From IMG/VR virus record IMGVR_UViG_3300012275_000032, positions 1-13,955 of that record: a stretch of 13,955 bases of DNA; one strand, given 5' to 3'. Positions 1-6,820 of the stretch are shown here, piece by piece. The position numbers were made by a program, and so were the translations under genes. Source of the DNA: a virus. Lineage: Duplodnaviria > Heunggongvirae > Uroviricota > Caudoviricetes. Each line of letters starts with the position of its first letter. Position 1 is the stretch's first letter. The notes beneath the pieces were generated by a model that saw nothing but the letters and a program-made list of their open reading frames with translations, had not been told where the DNA came from and searched no databases.

Positions 1-23
1 CGCTTTAACCATCAGCTCCATAC

Positions 24-248
24 TCATGCTGCACCTCCGAGATGCTTCATGTTTTTTCCGGAGCAAAAGGCTATAAGCGGCATACTGACGCGGTAATTAC
101 GGCCCAGCGGTTCACAAACCACCTTCTGACATTCACGGTCAACCAGGCTAACACGTAGAACATGCCCTGCAGGCGTGGTGTACCACTGACCCGGACGAGG
201 ACAACGGAAAGTCTGATTGGTAAAACGTTTGAAAATATTCCGGATCAT
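24..248 (-). CDS. Small hypothetical phage protein (74 aa)
   Basis: ORF whose ATG (246-248) overlaps the TGA stop (245-247) of the upstream ORF as ATGA, a typical translational-coupling junction. No family recognised. Confidence 0.4.
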   Translation of the reverse strand: MIRNIFKRFTNQTFRCPRPGQWYTTPAGHVLRVSLVDRECQKVVCEPLGRNYRVSMPLIAFCSGKNMKHLGGAA

Positions 249-1384
249 TTGCGCCCCCTTACCTCTGAAGGGTTCAGCGACAAATTTATGAGGCAGGCCA
301 GCGCCGAAGCATCATTAATATAATCATATAAGCTAACAGCCAGCGGAGATTCGGCTTTTGCCAACATAGGATAAAGCTGCTGCAGCCAGACCTGATGAAT
401 TGATGAAATGTAGGAACAGAGAACGCTGGCGTTATGTGCAACGTCGGGCTTTGAAAGCTGTTTCTCCATCTGGTTAAAGGCATTGATATATGCCTCTTTG
501 AACTGGGCAGCACGTTTACCCGTGAAACCCATAGCAAGAAACGCAAAACCGTCGCGTGTGATTTGGTAGCAAGGAAGTTTGCGACCTGTGCAATCAGTGT
601 AATCACTCACCGAAAAATTGCGGGCAGTGAATGATGCTGAGCATTCAAGCGTGCGGATCTTTTTCAGTACATCGTCATGACGTTTGGAGAAGAAGTTGGC
701 AACAGCCAGGGATGAAGTAACAGCCTGACCATCAACGATGGCAATTTCAGGTTGAGTGAGGGTTGGGATCGTAGCCATGATGGCAGCCTCTTTGGTGATT
801 TTTAATAACTCACCACCAAGGCTTTCCACGACCTTATTGGTGGTGAGACGTACAGGGGTGGAAATACCGGTCACCAAAGAACCCGGCCCAACCGAAGTTG
901 GCCCTGCACGCCCCACCATAATTTGGGCGTAATGCTGCTCATGACACAAAAAAACCGCAAGAGCGCGGTTGTGCGCTTTGGTGAATTCCGGGTTTCCACG
1001 CCCGGCACCCGTTTTATAAGGTGCCTGAACAGTGTAACGTCCCGGAATGGCAGAATCAATGTGTTGGTGGTCCGTCACACTCAACAAAATCACGCCTGAA
1101 TTTCCACAAAGGACTAAAGCACTCATGCGGGTAGTCTTTGCGAAGATAGATAACGCGCTGTGTTTCTGGTTCCCAACGAATAACATGAACATAAAGCCCT
1201 CTTCCGTCACGAAACCAGCGGTTAAGTTCCTGCACAACTCGCCCCCCACAGTCAGGTAAAGTTCTCTGTGGTTACTTACAGCCAGGTGATTTGGTAATCT
1301 GCATTCATGCCGTAACAACAGGTGTTCAGAGACGCTGACCACCAGCTGTTGCGACAAACGGTTATTTGCCGTTAAACTGTTCAT
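245..1384 (-). CDS. Phage regulatory protein with Rha-family motif in its C-terminal half; N-terminal 200 aa of uncertain validity (alternative start at 778 gives a 177-aa Rha-like protein)
   Basis: Motif TSSLAVANFFSKRHDDVLKKIRTL resembles the Rha (phage regulatory protein) signature as recalled. An internal ATG at 776-778 is preceded by AAAGAGG at good spacing. The ORF ATG at 1382-1384 overlaps the stop of the upstream CII-like gene (ATGA). The N-terminal part has unusual composition (very few Asp, many His/Cys). Confidence 0.45.
   Translation of the reverse strand: MNSLTANNRLSQQLVVSVSEHLLLRHECRLPNHLAVSNHRELYLTVGGELCRNLTAGFVTEEGFMFMLFVGNQKHSALSIFAKTTRMSALVLCGNSGVILLSVTDHQHIDSAIPGRYTVQAPYKTGAGRGNPEFTKAHNRALAVFLCHEQHYAQIMVGRAGPTSVGPGSLVTGISTPVRLTTNKVVESLGGELLKITKEAAIMATIPTLTQPEIAIVDGQAVTSSLAVANFFSKRHDDVLKKIRTLECSASFTARNFSVSDYTDCTGRKLPCYQITRDGFAFLAMGFTGKRAAQFKEAYINAFNQMEKQLSKPDVAHNASVLCSYISSIHQVWLQQLYPMLAKAESPLAVSLYDYINDASALACLINLSLNPSEVRGRK
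948..975 (-). terminator. Possible weak intrinsic terminator on the minus strand, inside the long ORF
   Basis: Minus-strand hairpin AACCGC-GCTCTT-GCGGTT (plus-strand 953-970) followed by a run of 5 T (plus-strand A-run 948-952). The stem is only 6 bp. Confidence 0.25.
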
Positions 1385-1932
1385 GCGTTAGTTTCTCCAC
1401 AGACACAAAACGCCACGACGCCCGGAGCTGCACACTCGCGGGCGTCACTCTTTTCTGGAGCGCAGAAAATTTTGTAGACCAGTGCCGCATGCTCCTGGAG
1501 CTTCGAAATTGAGAGGTACAGCTCGTCGTTAATTGCTGTCTTCTCATGCGGTTCCACTACACCGTCTTCAATTGCTGAACGAATCTGTTTTGAATAACTG
1601 CCGATCTGTTCAATGACCTCCAGCAGGCGTTGGTTGATATCGGCGTTGTCCACATCCTCGACATCAGGAAGAGACACAAAGACGCCATTTGCAGACTGCG
1701 CCACAGCGTCAGCAATGAAGTGAGTTCCACCAGCACGTTGCAAAATCATTGCCCATCCCAGCGGGAAAATCTGATCGCCATCGGCACGAAGGCGGTTAAA
1801 TAATGCGTTCTCTGTTACATCCAGCCAGTCAGCAGCTTCAGCGTACCCCCCAGGCAACGCTGCGATAGTTTTTCTGACAGCTTTCACGTACCACTCAGGC
1901 TGTTTTTCTACTTTCCAGTGATGCTTACCCAC
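1381..1932 (-). CDS. CII-like phage regulatory protein (183 aa), second gene of the cro-side operon
   Basis: Sits immediately downstream of the cro-like gene with an 8-nt overlap. Size and position match CII-type lysogeny regulators of lambdoid prophages. The family call is from memory, not a search. Confidence 0.5.
   Translation of the reverse strand: MGKHHWKVEKQPEWYVKAVRKTIAALPGGYAEAADWLDVTENALFNRLRADGDQIFPLGWAMILQRAGGTHFIADAVAQSANGVFVSLPDVEDVDNADINQRLLEVIEQIGSYSKQIRSAIEDGVVEPHEKTAINDELYLSISKLQEHAALVYKIFCAPEKSDARECAAPGVVAFCVCGETNA
1417..1456 (+). terminator. Plus-strand hairpin plus T-rich tail antisense to the 3' end of the CII-like gene (OOP-like terminator candidate)
   Basis: Perfect 8-bp stem GACGCCCG (1417-1424) / CGGGCGTC (1439-1446) with a 14-nt loop, followed by ACTCTTTTCT. 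A candidate promoter TTGCGA (1349-1354) with an 18-bp spacer to TAACTG-like TAAACT (1373-1378) lies upstream. Confidence 0.35.
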
Positions 1933-2185
1933 GGTTCACCTCCTGTTCCTGTGGTTTAAACCCATTCTGGTTTTGGCTAGATTGAAAACGTGCCGGATAA
2001 AGAATCTGCATTTCGCTGACTTCACCCTTAAAAAAATTGGCTAAACGTTCTGCAAGCTCGATAGATGGAATCTGCTCCAGCCTCTCAATACGACTCAACG
2101 TCGCTGGATTGACTTGAACACCCGCAGCAACATGCTGCAAAGTGAAACCATGCGCCTTACGCACATTTCGTAATGGTGATTGCAT
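1925..2185 (-). CDS. Cro-like HTH (XRE-family) transcriptional regulator (86 aa)
   Basis: Small ORF divergent from the CI-like repressor. HTH-like segment GFTLQHVAAGVQVNPATLSRIER. GGAGGG Shine-Dalgarno 6-11 nt upstream of the ATG (plus-strand 2191-2196). Confidence 0.7.
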   Translation of the reverse strand: MQSPLRNVRKAHGFTLQHVAAGVQVNPATLSRIERLEQIPSIELAERLANFFKGEVSEMQILYPARFQSSQNQNGFKPQEQEVNRG

Positions 2186-2282
2186 ACGCCCTCCAAATAT
2201 TGCGCGTTATGCATGTTATTTCACGCAATTATTTTGCGCAAGTTGATTTGCTTATCACGCAATAAAGAAATGTAATAAACGC
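2186..2282. promoter_or_regulatory. Divergent promoter/operator region between the cro-like and cI-like genes (OR-like)
   Basis: Repeated half-sites: ATTGCGCG (2199-2206), CACGCAAT (2222-2229 and 2256-2263) and the perfect palindrome TTGCGCAA (2234-2241). Minus-strand promoter candidate: -35 TTGCGC (plus 2236-2241), 17-bp spacer, -10 TAACAT (plus 2213-2218). No Shine-Dalgarno precedes the cI-like ATG; TAATAA at 2273-2278 suggests a leaderless or near-leaderless transcript. Confidence 0.55.
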
Positions 2283-2975
2283 ATGAACATAGGAAACCGA
2301 GTCAGACAACTTCGCCAAGCGAAGAACATGAAAATCGCCGATCTCGCTGAAGCGATAGGAGTAGATGCGGCGAACATCTCGCGCTTAGAAACGGGTAAGC
2401 AAAAACAATTTACCGAACAAACACTGAGTAATATTGCCAAGAGCTTAGGTGTTGATATTGCTGATCTCTTTACCTCTGCCCACAAAAGTAATACTGTATA
2501 TAAAAACAGTAATAATGAGGATGTTGCGCAGGTGAAGGATGTGTTCCGTATTGAAATGCTGGATATCAGTGCCAGTGCGGGAAATGGCCTTATCCAGGGC
2601 GGTGATGTCATTGATGTGATTCATGCCATCGAATACAGAACTGATAATGCTGTATCAATGTTCGGCGGACGACCAGCCAATCACATCAAAGTTATCAACG
2701 TTCGTGGGGACAGTATGTGTCCAACCATTGAGCCAGGAGATCTCATCTTCGTTGATGTCAGCATCAATCAGTTTGATGGTGATGGTATATATGTCTTTGG
2801 TTTTGATGACAAAATATACGTTAAAAGACTTCAAATGATTCCTGACAAACTGCTGGTGATTTCTGATAACCAGATTTACCGTGAATGGGGAATTACTAGC
2901 GAAAACGAACACCGATTCATGGTCTTTGGAAAGGTCTTAATCAGTCAGTCGCAAACCCTTAAGAGACATAATTAA
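2283..2975 (+). CDS. CI-like phage repressor, N-terminal HTH plus C-terminal S24 (LexA-like) peptidase domain (230 aa)
   Basis: N-terminal HTH (RVRQLRQAKNMKIADLAEAIGVDAANISRLETGK). C-terminal GDSMCPTIEPGDLIFVD (catalytic Ser) and IYVKRLQ (Lys), the Ser-Lys dyad pattern of self-cleaving repressors. Divergent from the cro-like gene. Confidence 0.85.
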   Translation: MNIGNRVRQLRQAKNMKIADLAEAIGVDAANISRLETGKQKQFTEQTLSNIAKSLGVDIADLFTSAHKSNTVYKNSNNEDVAQVKDVFRIEMLDISASAGNGLIQGGDVIDVIHAIEYRTDNAVSMFGGRPANHIKVINVRGDSMCPTIEPGDLIFVDVSINQFDGDGIYVFGFDDKIYVKRLQMIPDKLLVISDNQIYREWGITSENEHRFMVFGKVLISQSQTLKRHN

Positions 2976-2994
2976 CCTCAATATCCCATCCATC

Positions 2995-3017
2995 GGCCAC
3001 CGAAAGGTGGCTTTTTA
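2995..3017 (+). terminator. Intrinsic terminator downstream of the cI-like gene
   Basis: Stem GGCCACC (2995-3001), loop GAAA, stem GGTGGC (3006-3011), then TTTTTATT. Confidence 0.6.
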
Positions 3018-3029
3018 TTACCTATAAAT

Positions 3030-3080
3030 TTGCATATCTCGCAAATATCACTTGCATATCTCGCAATTTAATTTTATCTT
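3030..3080 (+). promoter_or_regulatory. Tandem 15-bp direct repeat overlapping a sigma70-like promoter (OL/pL-like candidate)
   Basis: TTGCATATCTCGCAA at 3030-3044 and again at 3052-3066. Promoter candidate: -35 TTGCAT (3052-3057), 17-bp spacer, -10 TATCTT (3075-3080). The TTGC...GCAA half-sites resemble the OR-region half-sites. Confidence 0.45.
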
Positions 3081-3273
3081 TTGTTCCAGACCAACTACAG
3101 GATTACAACAAAATCTGGTTGCAACACGGTGCATGTGTCGTAAGCAGTCAGTAAATGTCAAAAACGAACAGGCAGGACGCCCACGAAGTAGCCGCCTGGG
3201 GCATATGAAGTCCAGGATGATTCGTTGAGTCATGTTGTGCCACTAGGCACTCATGTTAAAGCAGGTGTATGAA

Positions 3274-3549
3274 ATGAAAGTCCAGATTTTAAACAATAAC
3301 TGTGAAGTCGTTTGGTCATACGACATAGCCGCCCCTGTAGATCAGAGCGGCGATAGCTGGACCAATGGGAAACATCAGATTATGGCTGGAGTTGTGTTCT
3401 CTTTACGCCGTGCTTTGGAACAGGCTGAAGTATTTCCATCAGACCCTGAATGGAAATGGCCTTTTTCTATTTGTCCAAATTCGGAGAGCACATTTCAGAA
3501 AATTGGTCAGAAAGTCGCACTCGAAGAGCATCAGCCAACTGTTTCCTGA
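3274..3549 (+). CDS. Hypothetical protein (91 aa from the ATG at 3274; the ORF track starts it at 3253)
   Basis: AGGTG about 7 nt upstream of the ATG at 3274. No recognisable family. Overlaps the convergent ORF 3467-3712 by 83 bp, so one of the two may be spurious. Confidence 0.3.
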   Translation: MKVQILNNNCEVVWSYDIAAPVDQSGDSWTNGKHQIMAGVVFSLRRALEQAEVFPSDPEWKWPFSICPNSESTFQKIGQKVALEEHQPTVS

Positions 3550-3712
3550 TTTTTTCAGGTAACTCGTCGGCATCGCAGAAACAACAACGCTCGATCATGT
3601 TGAAAGCCGATTCGTAGAACTGTTTTTGCTGAGTGTCGCTGAGACAGGAAAAGAGCGACGTTACGATGATTTTATTAATTGCATTATCAAGTTCTTTTTC
3701 ATCAAAAGTCAT
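3467..3712 (-). CDS. Hypothetical protein (81 aa), possible moron gene
   Basis: Good Shine-Dalgarno (AAGGAA) about 8 nt upstream of the ATG at 3710-3712. Helical-looking sequence with a CCFC motif. No family recognised. Confidence 0.4.
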   Translation of the reverse strand: MTFDEKELDNAINKIIVTSLFSCLSDTQQKQFYESAFNMIERCCFCDADELPEKIRKQLADALRVRLSDQFSEMCSPNLDK

Positions 3713-3779
3713 TTGATTTTCCTTTTATGTATACGGGCTTAAAAGGATACCACCGAGCCTGAAGTGGTAAAAAGACAGG

Positions 3780-4140
3780 CACATAACAGCTAAGTATTTT
3801 CAACCAGAGAGAATCCTTAGCGTTGTGGTGAATGCGGCTCAGCGCACGCGGGTTAAGGTTGAGGCTGACAGTCGACCTTCTGTGGATACCCACCCGCCTG
3901 GTGTGCAACCTTCGCCAGGCACCGGGAGGCACCCGGCACCACAACTTTATGCTGTGTGTAGTCCTGGTGGTACCAGTTTGTACCCTTGCTTCCGGCTGGT
4001 ACCGTCCTTTTTACAAAACAGAGAAGAGCATCACCGGACGACGGGCTCATAACCCAATCCATCCGGGCGGCTGCCACCGCAGGTGTTCTTCTCTGTTTTG
4101 TGGAGAAACCAACCGACCTTGCAGGGTCGATATGATGAGG
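3780..4140. other. GC-rich non-coding stretch with dense secondary-structure potential; candidate structured RNA or cis-acting site
   Basis: An 18-bp inverted repeat, 4013-4030 against 4084-4101 (17 Watson-Crick pairs plus one G-U), encloses 53 nt. Further stems: GCCTGG/CCAGGC (3896-3901/3915-3920), CCGGG/CCCGG (3922-3926/3932-3936), TGGTACCA palindrome around 3967-3974. All ORFs here look junk-like and overlap on both strands. Confidence 0.4.
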
Positions 4141-4149
4141 AGCAGCAAA

Positions 4150-4439
4150 ATGGCTAGCGAACGCAGTACTGATGTGCAGGCATTTATCGGGGAGCTGGAC
4201 GGCGGCGTATTTGAAACCAAAATCGGCGCAGTTCTCAGTGAAGTCGCTTCCGGTGTGATGAACACGAAAACCAAAGGGAAGGTCTCACTNNNNNNNNNNA
4301 AATTTCTGAAGAAGACACCACCGAAACGCCGATGTATGTCAATCGCGGTGGTCGCCTGACTATTCTGCAGGAAGACCAGGGACAATTACTGACTCTTGCC
4401 GGTGAACCTGACGGAAAACTCCGCGCAGCAGGTCATTAA
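4150..4439 (+). CDS. Hypothetical phage protein interrupted by an assembly gap
   Basis: GAGGAG 7 nt upstream of the ATG at 4150. Protein-like sequence MASERSTDVQAFIGELDGGVFETKIGAVLSEVASGV before the gap, and after the gap (in a different frame) ISEEDTTETPMYVNRGGRLTILQEDQGQLLTLAGEPDGKLRAAGH ending at TAA 4437-4439. Confidence 0.4.
4290..4299. other. Run of 10 N (assembly or masking gap) inside a coding region
   Basis: Literal n characters. The frame before and after differs, so the true gap length is not 10. Confidence 0.95.
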
Positions 4440-4504
4440 TATCGTTTTTAATTAACTGATTATTTATCTCATCACTGAATATTTTTATATAGTGAGGATT
4501 TATT

Positions 4505-5329
4505 ATGTCTCAGAACTTAGACGCAACCGCAATTAATCAAATCCATGCCCTTATTTCTGCTCAGGGTGTTAATGAAATTATCAGTAAGATTGGTGCCGAT
4601 GCTGTGGCATTGCCTGAGAATTTCCGCATTCATGATCTGGAAAAATTTAATTTAAATCGTTTCCGTTTCCGTGGTGCGCTTTCCACTGCCAGCATCGATG
4701 ACTTTACCCGTTATTCTAAAGATCTTGCAGATGAAGGCACCCGCTGCTTTATCGATGCCGATAATATGCGTGCCGTCAGTGTGCTTAACCTGGGTACTAT
4801 TGATGAACCAGGTCACGCCGATAACACCGCCACTCTCAAACTGAAAAAGACAGCACCGTTCTCTGCTCTGTTGTCTGTTAATGGCGAGCGTAATTCCCAG
4901 AAGTCACTGGCAGAATGGATTGAAGACTGGGCAGACTACCTTGTGGGCTTTGATGCTAATGGTGACGCTATTCAGGCAACAAAAGCGGCTGCGGCTGTCC
5001 GTAAAATCACGATTGAAGAAAACCAGACCGCTGATTTTGAAGATAATGACTTCAGCGGCAAACGCTCCCTGATGGAGTCTGTCGAAGCGAAGACCAAAGA
5101 CATTATGCCAGTGGCATTTGAATTTAAATGCGTTCCGTTTGAAGGCCTGAAAGAACGTCCGTTTAAATTACGCCTCAGCATTATCACTGGCGATCGTCCT
5201 GTACTGGTTCTGCGCATTATTCAGCTGGAAGCGGTGCAGGAAGATATGGCTAACGAATTTCGTGATCTGCTTGTTGAGAAATTCAAAGACAGCAAAGTAG
5301 AAACCTTTATTGGTACTTTCACCGCCTGA
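4505..5329 (+). CDS. YfdQ-like protein (DUF2303 family), 274 aa
   Basis: Clean ORF with GTGAGGA Shine-Dalgarno. Length and gene neighbourhood match the yfdQ-yfdR-yfdS-yfdT block of the K-12 CPS-53/KpLE1 prophage as I recall it. Not confirmed by search. Confidence 0.65.
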   Translation: MSQNLDATAINQIHALISAQGVNEIISKIGADAVALPENFRIHDLEKFNLNRFRFRGALSTASIDDFTRYSKDLADEGTRCFIDADNMRAVSVLNLGTIDEPGHADNTATLKLKKTAPFSALLSVNGERNSQKSLAEWIEDWADYLVGFDANGDAIQATKAAAAVRKITIEENQTADFEDNDFSGKRSLMESVEAKTKDIMPVAFEFKCVPFEGLKERPFKLRLSIITGDRPVLVLRIIQLEAVQEDMANEFRDLLVEKFKDSKVETFIGTFTA

Positions 5330-5456
5330 TTTCATTACTGCAAATGCCCCTGCGGGGGCATTTATGGAAACGTAATTAACTCAATAATCACCGGATGGTG
5401 AGGGCTTCATTTTACCAGAATTCAGCGTGGTGCAGCACATATACGTGGAGAACAAA

Positions 5457-5987
5457 ATGTCATTTATTAAAACTTTTTCCGGGAAGCATTTTTATTATGA
5501 CAGGATAAATAAAGACGACATCGTGATTAACGATATCGCGGTTTCCCTTTCAAATATCTGTCGCTTTGCAGGGCATCTTTCACACTTCTACAGCGTCGCC
5601 CAGCATGCGGTGCTTTGCAGCCAGTTGGTGCCGCAGGAATTGGCTTTTGAAGCGTTAATGCATGATGCAACAGAAGCTTAGGACATCCCCGCACCACTGA
5701 AACGCCTTCTTCCTGACTATAAACGGATGGAAGAAAAAATAGACGCCGTAATCCGTGAGAAATACGGGTTACCCCCAGTTATGAGTACGCCCGTGAAATA
5801 TGCCGATCTCATCATGCTGGCAACCGAACGCCGCGATCTCGGGCTTGATGATGGCTCTTTCTGGCCTGTACTGGAAGGCATCCCGGCAACAGAGATGTTC
5901 AACGTGATTCCACTGGCTCCAGGCCATGCCTACGGGATGTTTATGGAACGCTTTAACGAATTATCGGAGTTACGCAAATGCGCATAA
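5457..5987 (+). pseudogene. YfdR-like HD-domain phosphohydrolase (5'-deoxynucleotidase family) interrupted by an in-frame TAG
   Basis: ORF 5427/5457-5681 ends at TAG (5679-5681) directly after the HD motif (ALMHDATEA). The same frame continues DIPAPLKRLLPDYKRMEEK... into ORF 5727-5987. GGAGAA Shine-Dalgarno before the ATG at 5457. Total length about 176 codons, consistent with one gene. Confidence 0.6.
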
Positions 5988-6340
5988 ATGTTTTCGAAAT
6001 GGAAGGGTTTCTTCGCGGGAAATGTGTACCGCGAGATCTGAAAGTGAACGAAACAAATGCTGAGTACCTGGTACGTAAATTCGACGCGCTTGAAGCTAAA
6101 TGTGCGGCACTGGAAAGCAAAATAATACCAGTGTCAGCTGAACTGCCACCAGCAAATGAAAGTGTTCTGTTATTTGATGCTAACGGAGAAGGCTGGCTGA
6201 TTGGCTGGCGTTCTCTCTGGTACACCTGGGGACAAAAAGAAACCGGAGAATGGCAGTGGACATTTCAGGTCGGGGACCTTGAAAACGTCAATATCACTCA
6301 CTGGGCAGTAATGCCGAAAGCACCAGAGACTAAGAAATGA
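5978..6340 (+). CDS. YfdS-like hypothetical phage protein (120 aa)
   Basis: ORF overlapping the end of the YfdR-like gene by 10 nt. Length matches K-12 YfdS (120 aa) as recalled. Confidence 0.55.
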   Translation: MRINVFEMEGFLRGKCVPRDLKVNETNAEYLVRKFDALEAKCAALESKIIPVSAELPPANESVLLFDANGEGWLIGWRSLWYTWGQKETGEWQWTFQVGDLENVNITHWAVMPKAPETKK

Positions 6341-6525
6341 GCGTGATAAAAACTCATACAGGAATTGTTATCACCCGAGACGGTGAAAAGCGGATGAAAT
6401 TACATTCCACTGAAACGTCCTGGGTTGCCGGACGTTGTGAATCCTACGACAAAAAGACTGGTTACCGTTGGGGGGGGCACCTAACATGCGTCGCCGTCTG
6501 CTACTGGACAGCATCAGGCCAATAA
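6337..6525 (+). CDS. YfdT-like hypothetical protein, probably truncated or frameshifted (62 aa)
   Basis: ATGA overlap with the upstream stop. Contains a G8 homopolymer (6470-6477), after which the translation looks junk-like. Confidence 0.35.
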   Translation: MSVIKTHTGIVITRDGEKRMKLHSTETSWVAGRCESYDKKTGYRWGGHLTCVAVCYWTASGQ

Positions 6526-6613
6526 AACAGGTAGCAACCAGGGAACAAAATTAATTATCAGGACTGGAATTTGATATTACTGCCCGTGTGCAGCGGGCTA
6601 AGTGGAGAAACAT

Positions 6614-6820
6614 ATGCTGAACCTCGATTGTGTTCCAATCTCAACTTATTGCAAAGAAACTGGCGAAACTCCTGAAGCAATAAACAAACGTGTACAGCGC
6701 GGTGTTTGGCGTGAAGGTGTTCAGGTTTTAAAGGTTGAAGGCGTTAAGGAGAGGTGGATTGATCTTAGTGAGGTTGCAAAATGGGCCAGACAAAACTGCT
6801 CAAACTACCGCGCGGCGTAA
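6614..6820 (+). CDS. Excisionase-like protein (Xis), 68 aa from the ATG at 6614 (the ORF track begins at GTG 6602)
   Basis: Small basic protein immediately upstream of the integrase and overlapping it by 40 nt, the classic xis-int arrangement. GGAG (6604-6607) about 6 nt upstream of the ATG at 6614. Confidence 0.55.
   Translation: MLNLDCVPISTYCKETGETPEAINKRVQRGVWREGVQVLKVEGVKERWIDLSEVAKWARQNCSNYRAA

Noticed and set aside
286-1259. Track ORFs 286-606(-), 871-1059(-), 1047-1259(+)
   Set aside because: Alternative-frame or antisense ORFs within the Rha-like ORF region, with no ribosome-binding site and non-protein-like composition.
2255-2912. Track ORFs 2255-2611(-), 2623-2838(+), 2655-2912(-) inside the cI-like gene
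   Set aside because: Antisense or off-frame relative to a well-supported repressor gene.
3048-3233. ORF 3048-3233(-) (61 aa)
   Set aside because: Cys/Arg-rich junk-like translation with no ribosome-binding site; lies in the pL-like leader region.
3780-4140. Retron msr/msd ncRNA (long inverted repeats in a prophage)
   Set aside because: No reverse-transcriptase gene follows; the downstream genes are small phage proteins and a YfdQ-like gene.
3702-4385. Track ORFs 3702-3944(-), 3825-4052(+), 3832-4359(+), 3853-4077(-), 4047-4385(-) as genes
   Set aside because: They overlap one another on both strands across a GC-rich structured region and have junk-like, Arg/Cys/Pro-rich translations. Only the segment from the ATG at 4150 reads as protein.
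5679-5681. Programmed stop-codon read-through or selenocysteine/pyrrolysine recoding in the YfdR-like gene
   Set aside because: The codon is TAG, not TGA, with no SECIS-like context, and E. coli has no pyrrolysine system. A nonsense mutation is the simplest explanation.
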